From a virus, in the IMG/VR virus record IMGVR_UViG_3300028197_001952, positions 13,602-77,601 of that record: a DNA stretch of 64,000 nucleotides; one strand, written 5' to 3'. This document shows, piece after piece, positions 20,763 through 31,499 of the stretch. The translations under genes and the position numbers were made by a program. Position 1 is the first letter of the stretch. Each line of letters opens with the position of its first letter. A model generated the notes under the pieces. It made no database searches. It was not told the origin of the DNA and saw only the letters and a program-made list of their open reading frames with translations.

Positions 20763-21529
20763 TTCTGAATAAATGTTATTCCAGTTGATGATGGTCTATT
20801 TCTAAGTATACCATTATTAAAAAAGTTGAAAATTTCCCACTCTTTACTTTCTTTTAATTCGGTTATAAGTTTAGAAGGTCCGTTTGAATACTCTTGGTGA
20901 AAATCATCAAGAATATCATCTGAAATAATATGTTCTTTTTCATATGATGAGTCGGTATCGTGAATTGTTATTATACCATGTGGTGAAAGTAGTGTTGAAT
21001 ATAAGTCAAAATCATTCTTTACATCTTCATAAGTATGACCTGCATCAATATGTAAAAAATCTATTTTAATATCTTCTTTTACAAAAAAGTTATAGTATGC
21101 ATTTTCTGTTGTATCTAATATAAATCTACAGGGAAACTTTTTTCTAAAATATGAATTTTTATCAATCCAATCTGTAAATCCACCAACTCCATTGGATGCA
21201 TCTACTAATATAGTTGTTCCACTATCACCCCATTCCATTGATTTATTACCATCAAATATTTCTTGCTCATGTAAATCAATTCTAGCTTGGGATATAATTC
21301 TTGGAATAAATCCCCCACCACTTCCTAAACATACACAAGTTTTTGCTCTCATATATTGTATGGCAGTATATATTAACATACCATCTCCTAGATGTTTATC
21401 AGTAGCTCCATGAGTCCATCGATATTTAACAGGAGTTAATTCATCATATATCTTACCATTAACATCAATAGATTCTATTCTATTATTGGTAAAGTATTCT
21501 TTTATAAGATTGTAGTTGATTATACTCAT
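20750..21529 (-). CDS. class I SAM-dependent methyltransferase (Methyltransf_24-like)
   Basis: CLGSGGG, IDFLHIDAGHTYEDVKNDF and GIITIHD. Confidence 0.8.
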   Translation of the reverse strand: MSIINYNLIKEYFTNNRIESIDVNGKIYDELTPVKYRWTHGATDKHLGDGMLIYTAIQYMRAKTCVCLGSGGGFIPRIISQARIDLHEQEIFDGNKSMEWGDSGTTILVDASNGVGGFTDWIDKNSYFRKKFPCRFILDTTENAYYNFFVKEDIKIDFLHIDAGHTYEDVKNDFDLYSTLLSPHGIITIHDTDSSYEKEHIISDDILDDFHQEYSNGPSKLITELKESKEWEIFNFFNNGILRNRPSSTGITFIQKCKG

Positions 21530-21569
21530 TATATATAAGTATATATAAATATATTAAACAATAAATTAA

Positions 21570-22784
21570 TTACGAAATATATGAATTAATATTTTTTATC
21601 CAAGTTTCTCTATTATCAAAAGTAAGCATATACGTTTTTAGTTTAGCAAACTCGGTATATCTTTGTTGGTGTGTATCTTTACGTATCTGTTTAATACAAA
21701 TATCAAATTCATTTTTTGTTGATGCTCTATATTTGTAATCAACATCCTTTGCCCAATCTGTGTGAATGATTGGTAACTTACCATAATCTATTGCTTGAAA
21801 TATTGAATAACCAAATGGTTCTTTGAAGTATGCCCCATGGAAGATACCAAAATCCTTTCTCATGAAAGAATCAAGAATTTGTGGAGACCATTGATAAAAT
21901 TTAATATTAGGAAACGTATAACTAGTAGTATCTCTTAAATTAACAAAATCATATTTACCAGATAAAATAAATCCACCATGTCCATGCATCCAATGCATAC
22001 ATTTTCTTGTTTCAGCTCTAGAAGCAAATCCTATGTTTTTAAAATTTAGATTTTCGTTAAATGAAATATTGTGTTTAAATTCATAAAAATTAGGAACGGA
22101 ATAGGTGTAATTTGGAAAATCATCTGTAAGTTGTGTTGGGTTATTTCCTACCCAAATTCTTTTGTCAAATGATTGTACAAATTCTTTATAGAAAGCAGAA
22201 TCAACTTTTGTATTAAATTGTAATCTTTTTAATTCTGGCATATGTGTTAGAACTTCTTCCATTTCACTTGGATATGCATGAACAAATAATAATTTAAATT
22301 TGTTTTCATATTTCCAAATGTGTTCTCTTTTATGATAATGTGAATGCAAATAATATATCTCTGAACATTCTTCTAACAAATCAGTTGTTATTTCATGGTC
22401 ATCTCCATGAAAATGCCAATCCAAATCCTCTGGTAAAGATGATGGGTCAAAGTCAACAGGTCTTTTTGAATCAATTAATAATTTCCAATGTTTTCTCCAT
22501 TTAATTCCTTTCCAAATATTTTTTATAAAATGATTTGTCCAAATATCAGCACCACCTTCTATAGTATTACCACAACCAGTAGTAATCATTAGTTTCTTAC
22601 CCATTTTTTTACCATCGGTTGGATTTCTTAATCTTTCTTCAAATGGAAGTTCATTATTAATTTTTGAAACCAACACATCAGTATCTATAAATTCATCTGA
22701 GTTTATTAGGTAATTTACTAACGAAGATGTTAGTTCTTTTTTTTCTTTTTTATATAACTTCATTAATTTTGTTTTTAACCACAA
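21570..22784 (-). CDS. GT4-like glycosyltransferase
   Basis: EGGADIW and EPFGYSIFQAIDYGKLPI. Start is uncertain. Confidence 0.65.
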   Translation of the reverse strand: MWLKTKLMKLYKKEKKELTSSLVNYLINSDEFIDTDVLVSKINNELPFEERLRNPTDGKKMGKKLMITTGCGNTIEGGADIWTNHFIKNIWKGIKWRKHWKLLIDSKRPVDFDPSSLPEDLDWHFHGDDHEITTDLLEECSEIYYLHSHYHKREHIWKYENKFKLLFVHAYPSEMEEVLTHMPELKRLQFNTKVDSAFYKEFVQSFDKRIWVGNNPTQLTDDFPNYTYSVPNFYEFKHNISFNENLNFKNIGFASRAETRKCMHWMHGHGGFILSGKYDFVNLRDTTSYTFPNIKFYQWSPQILDSFMRKDFGIFHGAYFKEPFGYSIFQAIDYGKLPIIHTDWAKDVDYKYRASTKNEFDICIKQIRKDTHQQRYTEFAKLKTYMLTFDNRETWIKNINSYIS

Positions 22785-25700
22785 TATAGAAAACCATATA
22801 CTCCTTCTGATTTTCCTTCTGAATCAAATGTTACATCTTCCATTGCTTTTGCAACAGTATAAGAACATTGTGATTGTCTTTCTTCGTACTGAGGATTATT
22901 ATCTCCATCAAATGAAGTAATTACAAATTCTGATGGTTGTTTCATTAAATATCCTTCAGTATCAGAAGAACATAATAAATCACCTCTTGAAACATTCCCA
23001 CCTTGGTTACATACTTTAAATCCTTCTAAATCTTTAGAGTAACTATCCCCAATCGATGCAACTTTCCAAATTGTTTTTGTATCTCTCTCATTTTCTGGTA
23101 AAGTATTACCAAATGAATCCTTATATTCATCGATAGAACCACTTTCAGTTGTTTTCCATAAAATACCAAGAACATCAGTATCTTTTAAACTTGTTGTTTT
23201 TATTATTTGATTATTAGAATCGAATTTAACTAAATCACCTACTGATATACTTACACTATTTAATTTTAAATACTGGTGACCTCCTGTAAATTGTTGTATT
23301 AAACCAATGTCAGTTGCGTTGGATGCAACTGCTGTTCTAGTTGTAGCAATCGAGTCTGAACCAAATCTAGTTGATTCTTTAAATTTCGCGCCATTTCCAT
23401 CAATTTCAAAAATAGTACTAAATGCACTACTACGTGTACCATCATAAAATTTAATACTAGATTTTATCCTCAAACCATCAGTTGCATCAGGGGAGAATAC
23501 ATCACTAAAAGGTGAACCACCAACTTTAGCAGTAGTACCAAATGATGCAACACCTGAAGAACTTATATTAAAATCTGGTGCTGATATGAATCCACCATTA
23601 TTAATTGTCATACCAGTAGTTGTATTAGCTCCATCACTCCCACCATCTAGATTGGAGGTCGATAATGCACTTGCACTAAGTGTCCATCCACCAATTGTTC
23701 CTCCGGTTGATGTTATATTACCAGTAGAAGCAACTTTGAATACAGGCGTTTGTCCACCGAACTCTATTGTACCATTAGATAAATCAATTCTACCAAGTGC
23801 AACACCTTTATCATCAACATTAGCACTACTAATAGTTCCTGTTGTTATTGCACTACCATTGATTGCAGTTGTATTAAAAGAACCACTTGCTCCATCACTC
23901 AGAGTAGAACCGCTGAACGTTACTAATCCGCTAAATCCTATTGCTTGAGTAGCTGAACCAAATGAAACACTTGCTACTCCACTTCCAGCTGAAGTTTCAG
24001 TTGCGGTATAATCAGCGTACCAATATACATTAGAATTACCCGCTTCATATAATGGTGTTGCTGTACTCCAATTACTTGTAAGTCCTGTAAAGGTATTTGG
24101 AAATGTCATTGATGTTGCACTTACAATACCTGGACTAGTAGCCGAAGAAAGGGTGTAATTAACTCTACCTGTTGCGGTTCTTAATCCATTATCACCAGGA
24201 TCACCATCATCACCAGGATCTCCATCATCTCCTTTTGCTCCATCTTCTGCAAAGTTAGCAAATAACGCAGGTGTTGAGAAATTTCCAAACGTTCCATTTA
24301 CAGAAGTTCTTTGACTAACCCATACATATTTTTGAGTAGCTGAAGTTGTACCCGGAGTAGCAGCCCAACTATCTGTTCCGATTGCAGTTGGTGTATTTGG
24401 AGCTGATGCTGAATTATTAAGTAAGTATGCAAATTGAATACCACCACCTTCTTCACCAGCTTTTGATTTACTTAATGTTTGTGTTTTAGTGAAACTGAAA
24501 CTAGTTCCATTTAAAGTCTTACCACTAATAGTATATGTGATGGTTACAGAATCAGTTCCATCTACCATTGCTGAATGATTTGCAACAAGTGCATTATTTG
24601 ATGAATCTGTTATACCACCAATTGTAATTGTTGTAGATGGAGATTGTGCCGCTGAAACTGTAAAATGACCAGCAGTTGTACCACTTGCATCATAATCCAA
24701 TGCAGTAGCTCCTTCGAATACACTTATTGTAGTTCCACTACCACCATAATCAGAAACAACACCTGCATCAGAAGCAGGTAATACATGAGCTTCGTTGGAT
24801 ACTATTGCTGCTACATTTCCACTTCCTACATCTAATTGTTTTAAAGTAAAACTATCTGCAACACTACCATCAACCGAAGCTGCGGTATAAGTTACAACCA
24901 TTCCATCTACAAAGTTTGCACTTGTAACAGTTGCAGAACCACCACTTGAACTAACTGTTTCATCTGTTAGTGTTCCAGCTGTTTCGGTGAACGCACCATT
25001 TGCCGTTAAGTTTTGTCCATTTGCGGTTAATACAATTGATGATGGAGTTAGTGTACCATCTTGTGCTTTTGTAAATATATTAGATGTTCCACTAAGTACT
25101 ACTGTTTTAGCATTATCTCCAGCAACTCCTTCTACTCCTTCTTTTGCTTTACTTATTGCTTGTGTTTTAGTGAAACTGAAACTAGTTCCATTTAAAGTCT
25201 TACCACTAATAGTATATGTTAATACAACATTAGCTACAGAATTTGACATTGCTGAGTGGTCACCTACAACAGCGAAATCTGTATCTTGTGTTATAGTTCC
25301 AATTGTTAATGTTGAACTTGGAGATTGTGTAACAGAAACATCCCAATGACCGGCAGTTGTTCCTGCTTCATCATAATCTAAAGCAGTTGCTCCCTCGAAT
25401 ACACTTATTGTAGTCCCACTACCTGCGTAGGAAGAAACAACACCTGCTGCATTTGCTGGAAGTACATGAGCTTCATTCGCTAATATTGCGGTTACATTTC
25501 CACTACCTTCATCTAATTGGTTTAATGTTACAGTATCTGCAATTGAGCTATCATCAGAATGTGCAGTATATGTTACAGTCATTCCATCTACGAAGTTTGC
25601 ACTTGTTACAGTTGCAGAACCACCAGAAGTGTTTTCTGTTTTATTTGTAAGTGTTACTGAAGGTGAAGTGGTAAATGAACCTTTTTTAGTTAAGTTTTGA

Positions 25701-28700
25701 CCATTTGCAGTTATTACGATTGATGTTGGACTTAAAACACCAGCTCTATTTTTTCTAAATATTGGTGATGCTGAAGTTAAGGTTATTGTTTTGGCATTTG
25801 TACCAACTACTCCTTCCCTTGCTTTTGAAAAACTTTGAGTTGTTGTACGTGTGAACGCTTCCCCTCCAAGTCTTTTTCCTGATATTGTATAAGTTAAAAC
25901 AACAGAATCAACACTCATTGCTGATGGAGCTGATATTGTTGCAAGTGTTGTTCCGTTACCGCTAATCGTTCCTTCTGTTAGTCCCCCAACATCTTCTATA
26001 GTAATACTAAACTCTCCGTTTGTAGGTGTTCCTGTTGTAAACGTGAGAATATTACCTCCTTCATACACTTCTATTAGAGTTCCCCCTCCAGTAAAAGAAC
26101 TTATGGCTCCAGTTGCAGTTGCAGGATATGTGTGAGATGAATTAGAATTAGTTATTTGTATTGCATCTTGTCCTGCTCTACCCTTGGTAATACTTTGTTG
26201 AAATGAACCACTAAATAATTCTCCATTTAGTTTTTTACCTGCATATGGATATGAAATATTAACTGCATCAGTATCAAGTGCCATTGCCGTATGGTCTGCA
26301 ACTACTGCGTGTTGTCCACCATCAGTTATAGTACCAACTGTTACCTTACCAGTAGGAGTAACTACGGTTGTTAATAAATCCCACTCACCATCTCCGGTTC
26401 CTGATGGTACATATGAAAGTAATTGTGCTCCTTCAAATATACTTAAATCTGCTCCACTATTAGAAAAATCTGTAACTGAACCGGATGCATCTGCTGGAAA
26501 CATATGTGATTGGTTTGTATTTAAAACAGTCAAACCATCTGTTCCTGTATCTACCCTAACGATTGATACATCATCTTGAAATGTAGTACCATTTTCAGAA
26601 CCACTTACACTAATTACGGTTTGAACCGTATCTGACATTTCTGAAGATGCTATGGTTCGTGTTGCACCACTTCCACCTAATGTAATACCATTTGTTGCAT
26701 GAAACGATAATGATCCTGAAATATTATCTTTAGCTGCAGTAATGGTTATACTAGATGGAGTAATATTACCATCTTTTCCTTTTATAAAAACTTGTCCTGA
26801 TGATTGTAGTGAAACCGTTTTTGCACTAACCCCATCTTCTCCATCAGAAATAATATACCAAGTTTCGTTAATTGTATTTTTTTGTTGAGTTCCTGGGTCT
26901 GTAAATACTGCAGTTACATTTATATCTTTGGATGCATAAGCATTTCCAAATGGTATATTTGTTGAATCACCATCTGCCGCTGTCATTACTATATGACCAT
27001 TTCCACTTTGTCCAGCAGCAGGACTTGCAATTGTTAAGTTATCTAAAGGGTCATTAAAACTAGGTGTAATTGTTGTGGATAATCTATACTCACTACCAGT
27101 TGTATCAAAAAATATTGCGGTTGCGGTTAAGGATGCTGGATCATATGATGAACTTCCTACCAATCTTCTTGTAACTTTACCATTAGATGCTACAAACGAA
27201 CCTCCACCAAGACCATCGGTAACATCTACCAATGCTATAGTATCAAGCAATGTTCCATCATCTTTTCGTAAATGATATGTTGCTTGTCCATTTATTGCAC
27301 TACTATTAAGAACTGGATTATAAGTTACTCCATTTCCACCATCACTTGTTCCTAATAATGAAGTAGTAAGAAGAGTACTTCCACTATAAATTTGAGCATC
27401 TCCTTGAGAAGAACCACTCACATCAAATGAACCAGTTCCATCAATACCTTGTACTTGTAATTCTAAAGTAGCCGTAGGTATATGTGATCCCAACGAAGGT
27501 TTATTACTTCTTCCTGCATTTTTTATTTGTGTACCTCTTAATGGTCTAATAAAAAATGTTGGTTTTACATCTTCTCCAGGTTTTACAAATATAATACTTT
27601 CAGTATCCGATGCTATTTCTGTTGTATTATCAAGTGCCTCAGAAACACCAACCCTAAATGAAAGTGGTGTACTTATAAAATTAGCTGGTGGTGTAAATGT
27701 TGTAGTTTTACTATTAGCAGTAGTTCCATCAGAAAATGATGTTTCATCGGTAAAATGTGATCCTCCACCTGTAAATTTAAAATGTGCATTTCTAAAATTA
27801 GTAGAACTTGCAGATATAGTTACAGAAGATGGTGATGGGTTTGTTCCATTTGCATCATACATAATAGAATTATCACTAAATGATAAACCTACTTTTTTTG
27901 ATGGTGAACCCTCTGAAGCAACCCCAACTAAAAAATTAATTGTTTTTCCTGTAAACTCAGTTCCTTCTGAATTTGTTAGAGATAATGTGATAACTCCACT
28001 TACTGCAGTTCCAGATGTTGGTGTATTTGGAGTAATTGTTCCATTATTATTATTTGTTCCATTTGTTACACCAGTAATTTTAAATTTATTAGCAGTGACT
28101 GTTCCTGTTGTGTGTGTGAAATCTGTAGAACCTTGGTTTACACTAACACTTACATTCGATGGTGTAGTAAATGTAAGAAAATCGTACTCAGAACTTACAT
28201 TTTGAGTTTGTGGATTTGCTATTATTGTTGTAATAGGTTTTGCTTCTCTAATACGAGATATACTTGCAACAATATTTTTAGTACCAGATGTTCCCTCACC
28301 ATCTGTAAAGTTTACTGGAATAGTAATGGTTTCTGTATCAGATAACATATCATCCGCAGTATCACTAAATGTAATAGTATTTGATGATACCGTTCCACTC
28401 AATCCTCCACTAAAAGTAGGAGTTGAAATTGAAGTAAATCTATTAGTTCCACCCTCTGTTGCTTTTACTTCAATAGTTTTAGGTGATTCAGAACCACTTC
28501 CTACTGAATTTGCATTTATTCCTTGTGATTGTAAGTTTACACTTACCTCTACATTTGGAACTGCTTTTTTAGATTTTGTATAAGATACAATTTTTTGAAA
28601 TGATTGGGATGTTGCATTATCACCTGCAAGATATTCTATGTTTAAACTTAATGAACCACTATCGTGTTGATTTGGAAATGCAGATATACCATACTCTGAT

Positions 28701-31252
28701 GTTGTTGGTGATGTCGATATTGCAGTTACATTTGTTTCTGTTATCGAAGTAATATCAAATGTGTTTTTATTTCTTCCTCCACTAATATCATCGTGTGTTA
28801 TTTGAGTACCACCGATAAACATTTGTACATTTCCTTTACTTGAACCGAAACCACCAGGTACATCTCCTGTTGATTTTGCTGGAAATGAAGTTGATTCATT
28901 TGAAAGAACAAGTGAAACTGCATCAAAGTTTATAACAGGTGATATTGTTATCTCATCTGAAAATGGTAAATCAAATTGATCAGAACCAGTAAATGAATAT
29001 GTTGTTTCTGGAAATGATGAACCAGCGAATGATGAAGAATATGCTAAAGCTGATATTGTGTATGTATCAATACCTGTTCCATTATCAGTTACAGGTCCAA
29101 CTAATGGTGGAGCTCCACTTCCTGAGTTTACTTCAATTGGAGTTGATAATGAAAATAAGTTTTTACGTTGAGCTCTTATAGTTGCACTCTGTCCACCTGG
29201 TTTTGGTGAAAGAGTTGTTGGTTCATATATAAATTGATTTACATTTGATGTTACAATAAGTTGTGGTGCATTATCACCATCTTCTAATCTATATACGGTT
29301 TCAAATTCCGTCTGTTCTTCTAACGATGCAGTATAAACAATAGAACCTACTGTAATAGAATCATCACTACCACTAAAATCTGCAATTTTTATGATTGCAC
29401 CAGCTGGTGTTACATTTGTAAGAGTTCCAGGATAAGTACCGGTATATGATGATGGAATTATGTATGCACCATTTTCATCAAAGGCAGCTGATGCGTAAGT
29501 TACAGAACCTGTTAAGTTATTTCCACGAGTTTTAAATTGTATTTGTTGAAATGGTGGATTACCTATCGAACCACTTGTAAACCTAAATGCATTTCTATCA
29601 GATTCAAAAGTAAGTAGTTTATCACTTCCTGGGAAATCGTTACCACCTGTAAATGCTTTTGTTGTAGTTACATCAACAGGTATATAATTGTTATTTATAT
29701 CATAAAACTCAAATTTGAAATCAAATGTTTCTATTGCGAGTTTTCTTGGAATATCTTGTATTAGAGTAAATTCATCTGGTGAGAATGAAGTATCTTGTGC
29801 GTTCTTAAGAGATACATTAGAAATGTACCAATCACCACCATTTATATCAAATTTTAAAAAAGTATCTGCTGTAGTATCAGTTGCTAGTATATTTTGAGAT
29901 ACGGTTTGTCTTGTATTGTATATATCAGAACCTTCTATTGTTAAAAAATTCTGTTCATAATTAGAACCACTAAAATATGCACGTATTGATGGAGTTCCCA
30001 CCGAACCACTTTTTAAAGTTCTGAAATTAAGAGTATATTCAACTCCACTTGATATTTCAAAACTACCACTTGTAGATAATGTTTGAATACCACCTTCAGA
30101 TTCATCATAATCTATTTTAACAGATGCATTTAATATATCCGAATTAATTGTAACAGGATGGTCATCAGATGAGGTTACCCAATAGTTACTTAAATTGGTT
30201 TCATCAAATCTACCATATGATAATTCAGTATCAGATGTTGTTGTTATATCTTTTAATAGTTCTGATGATTCTAGTTTGGATTCTTGTACAAATTGAAAAT
30301 CTCCAATTGTGTTTCTTGATTTTCTAAATACTTTTACTCTGGCAACATCACCAACAAATGTTTTTAGGTTATTGAAGTTTATTTTTGCAAAAGAACCTGT
30401 TAATGCAGAATCTGTTATTGTTTGTCCTTCTACGAATTCAAAGGTTGTTGTGTATGGATTTGGAAAGAAATCACTAACCGAACCATCACTTGAAGTAAAT
30501 GGAGTATCAACCATCACTTCCTTATTACTTAATACTTCAATTACATTTGAAGAGTAATTTAAAGAAGGAACTGAAATTGTATTATCATCTACCGAAGATG
30601 TCCAATTAGTAATTCCATCCTCTATTTTTAATTTATAATTTACACCAGCTCTCCAATTAGATAAATCAGTTCCACTTGGTGGATTTTGTGATATACCTGA
30701 TAAACTACCTGTTTGTGTAATTTGGGGGATATTTTTTGTAAATATGGGTTTTACTAGTTCATCTACTTTTACTGTTGGTCTTCTGTAAAATCTAACAATA
30801 GTTTCATTAGAAACGTTTTTATTTATCTGTATAGATTTTTCCCACTTTACATTATAAACACCTGCCCACTCATTTGGTATATTAACTATTTCACCAATAT
30901 CACTTAGATAGGTTTTTAATTCACCAAGAATGGTAATTTTACCAATACCAATAGATACATCATCATAAACATGTATTGCTATTAATTTAGAATTCCCTTC
31001 ATAATATTCAGGAACTCCATCACCAGGCTCAAAATATATTGGATTACCATCCACATCAAGAATTTCTATCTTGATTTCAGTAGATTCCTTTAAGTGCTCA
31101 GAACCTTCAATTAAGAATCCATTCTTACCACCTGTTAAGGTTTCATTTAATTCTGTAATTCTAAAGTACTCTGAATTTGGTGACTCATCATCCTCAAATA
31201 CTTGAAAATTTGATAAGTTCAGAAAAGGAGCGTATGATTTAATTATTGCCAT
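22775..31252 (-). CDS. giant modular tail fibre / receptor-binding protein (~2825 aa)
   Basis: S/T/G-rich beta modules with internal repeats, a short collagen-like stretch, GTIGGWTL, and a C-terminal GDLLCSS..GYLMKQ..YTVAKA domain. Start placed at ATG 31252, downstream of a late motif. Confidence 0.75.
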   Translation of the reverse strand: MAIIKSYAPFLNLSNFQVFEDDESPNSEYFRITELNETLTGGKNGFLIEGSEHLKESTEIKIEILDVDGNPIYFEPGDGVPEYYEGNSKLIAIHVYDDVSIGIGKITILGELKTYLSDIGEIVNIPNEWAGVYNVKWEKSIQINKNVSNETIVRFYRRPTVKVDELVKPIFTKNIPQITQTGSLSGISQNPPSGTDLSNWRAGVNYKLKIEDGITNWTSSVDDNTISVPSLNYSSNVIEVLSNKEVMVDTPFTSSDGSVSDFFPNPYTTTFEFVEGQTITDSALTGSFAKINFNNLKTFVGDVARVKVFRKSRNTIGDFQFVQESKLESSELLKDITTTSDTELSYGRFDETNLSNYWVTSSDDHPVTINSDILNASVKIDYDESEGGIQTLSTSGSFEISSGVEYTLNFRTLKSGSVGTPSIRAYFSGSNYEQNFLTIEGSDIYNTRQTVSQNILATDTTADTFLKFDINGGDWYISNVSLKNAQDTSFSPDEFTLIQDIPRKLAIETFDFKFEFYDINNNYIPVDVTTTKAFTGGNDFPGSDKLLTFESDRNAFRFTSGSIGNPPFQQIQFKTRGNNLTGSVTYASAAFDENGAYIIPSSYTGTYPGTLTNVTPAGAIIKIADFSGSDDSITVGSIVYTASLEEQTEFETVYRLEDGDNAPQLIVTSNVNQFIYEPTTLSPKPGGQSATIRAQRKNLFSLSTPIEVNSGSGAPPLVGPVTDNGTGIDTYTISALAYSSSFAGSSFPETTYSFTGSDQFDLPFSDEITISPVINFDAVSLVLSNESTSFPAKSTGDVPGGFGSSKGNVQMFIGGTQITHDDISGGRNKNTFDITSITETNVTAISTSPTTSEYGISAFPNQHDSGSLSLNIEYLAGDNATSQSFQKIVSYTKSKKAVPNVEVSVNLQSQGINANSVGSGSESPKTIEVKATEGGTNRFTSISTPTFSGGLSGTVSSNTITFSDTADDMLSDTETITIPVNFTDGEGTSGTKNIVASISRIREAKPITTIIANPQTQNVSSEYDFLTFTTPSNVSVSVNQGSTDFTHTTGTVTANKFKITGVTNGTNNNNGTITPNTPTSGTAVSGVITLSLTNSEGTEFTGKTINFLVGVASEGSPSKKVGLSFSDNSIMYDANGTNPSPSSVTISASSTNFRNAHFKFTGGGSHFTDETSFSDGTTANSKTTTFTPPANFISTPLSFRVGVSEALDNTTEIASDTESIIFVKPGEDVKPTFFIRPLRGTQIKNAGRSNKPSLGSHIPTATLELQVQGIDGTGSFDVSGSSQGDAQIYSGSTLLTTSLLGTSDGGNGVTYNPVLNSSAINGQATYHLRKDDGTLLDTIALVDVTDGLGGGSFVASNGKVTRRLVGSSSYDPASLTATAIFFDTTGSEYRLSTTITPSFNDPLDNLTIASPAAGQSGNGHIVMTAADGDSTNIPFGNAYASKDINVTAVFTDPGTQQKNTINETWYIISDGEDGVSAKTVSLQSSGQVFIKGKDGNITPSSITITAAKDNISGSLSFHATNGITLGGSGATRTIASSEMSDTVQTVISVSGSENGTTFQDDVSIVRVDTGTDGLTVLNTNQSHMFPADASGSVTDFSNSGADLSIFEGAQLLSYVPSGTGDGEWDLLTTVVTPTGKVTVGTITDGGQHAVVADHTAMALDTDAVNISYPYAGKKLNGELFSGSFQQSITKGRAGQDAIQITNSNSSHTYPATATGAISSFTGGGTLIEVYEGGNILTFTTGTPTNGEFSITIEDVGGLTEGTISGNGTTLATISAPSAMSVDSVVLTYTISGKRLGGEAFTRTTTQSFSKAREGVVGTNAKTITLTSASPIFRKNRAGVLSPTSIVITANGQNLTKKGSFTTSPSVTLTNKTENTSGGSATVTSANFVDGMTVTYTAHSDDSSIADTVTLNQLDEGSGNVTAILANEAHVLPANAAGVVSSYAGSGTTISVFEGATALDYDEAGTTAGHWDVSVTQSPSSTLTIGTITQDTDFAVVGDHSAMSNSVANVVLTYTISGKTLNGTSFSFTKTQAISKAKEGVEGVAGDNAKTVVLSGTSNIFTKAQDGTLTPSSIVLTANGQNLTANGAFTETAGTLTDETVSSSGGSATVTSANFVDGMVVTYTAASVDGSVADSFTLKQLDVGSGNVAAIVSNEAHVLPASDAGVVSDYGGSGTTISVFEGATALDYDASGTTAGHFTVSAAQSPSTTITIGGITDSSNNALVANHSAMVDGTDSVTITYTISGKTLNGTSFSFTKTQTLSKSKAGEEGGGIQFAYLLNNSASAPNTPTAIGTDSWAATPGTTSATQKYVWVSQRTSVNGTFGNFSTPALFANFAEDGAKGDDGDPGDDGDPGDNGLRTATGRVNYTLSSATSPGIVSATSMTFPNTFTGLTSNWSTATPLYEAGNSNVYWYADYTATETSAGSGVASVSFGSATQAIGFSGLVTFSGSTLSDGASGSFNTTAINGSAITTGTISSANVDDKGVALGRIDLSNGTIEFGGQTPVFKVASTGNITSTGGTIGGWTLSASALSTSNLDGGSDGANTTTGMTINNGGFISAPDFNISSSGVASFGTTAKVGGSPFSDVFSPDATDGLRIKSSIKFYDGTRSSAFSTIFEIDGNGAKFKESTRFGSDSIATTRTAVASNATDIGLIQQFTGGHQYLKLNSVSISVGDLVKFDSNNQIIKTTSLKDTDVLGILWKTTESGSIDEYKDSFGNTLPENERDTKTIWKVASIGDSYSKDLEGFKVCNQGGNVSRGDLLCSSDTEGYLMKQPSEFVITSFDGDNNPQYEERQSQCSYTVAKAMEDVTFDSEGKSEGVYGFLYCG
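24190..24243 (-). repeat. short collagen-like Gly-X-Y run (GAKGDDGDPGDDGDPGDN)
   Basis: Direct translation. Confidence 0.7.
24479..25219. repeat. identical 60-bp direct repeat (24479-24538 and 25160-25219) within 681-bp duplicated fibre modules
   Basis: ttgtgttttagtgaaactg...agtatatgt occurs twice at an offset of 681 nt (227 aa). Confidence 0.9.
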
Positions 31253-31305
31253 AGAAATATATCTTTCCAATATAAATATTTAGAAAAAATATTTACTCAT
31301 ATATA

Positions 31306-31323
31306 TCTATAGAAATCTATAGA
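31306..31323. promoter_or_regulatory. tandem palindromes TCTATAGA-aa-TCTATAGA, candidate RHH operator
   Basis: Two perfect 8-bp palindromes at 10-bp spacing, ending 2 nt before the RHH ATG. Confidence 0.5.
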
Positions 31324-31325
31324 TA

Positions 31326-31487
31326 ATGGGAAAATATACTACAATACAAATAAAGAAAGAGCTGTACTCTGAACTGAAAACTTATTGTTCTGAGAATGGT
31401 TATACTAAAAGTGGGCTAATTGAACAATTAATAAGACAAAAAATTGGCCAACCTAAGTTGACCAATATATTAAGAGTATCTAATTAA
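31326..31487 (+). CDS. ribbon-helix-helix (CopG/Arc-like) DNA-binding protein, 53 aa
   Basis: Below the ORF-track cutoff. MGKYTTIQIKKELYSELKTYCSENGYTKSGLIEQLIRQKI... shows the strand-helix-G-x-T/S-x-S-helix pattern. Confidence 0.75.
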   Translation: MGKYTTIQIKKELYSELKTYCSENGYTKSGLIEQLIRQKIGQPKLTNILRVSN

Positions 31488-31499
31488 TTACGTATATAT

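Noticed and set aside
24479-25219. Diversity-generating retroelement TR/VR pair or CRISPR repeat
   Set aside because: Both copies are in-frame coding and identical, with no adenine-specific mismatches, no reverse transcriptase and no spacer array.
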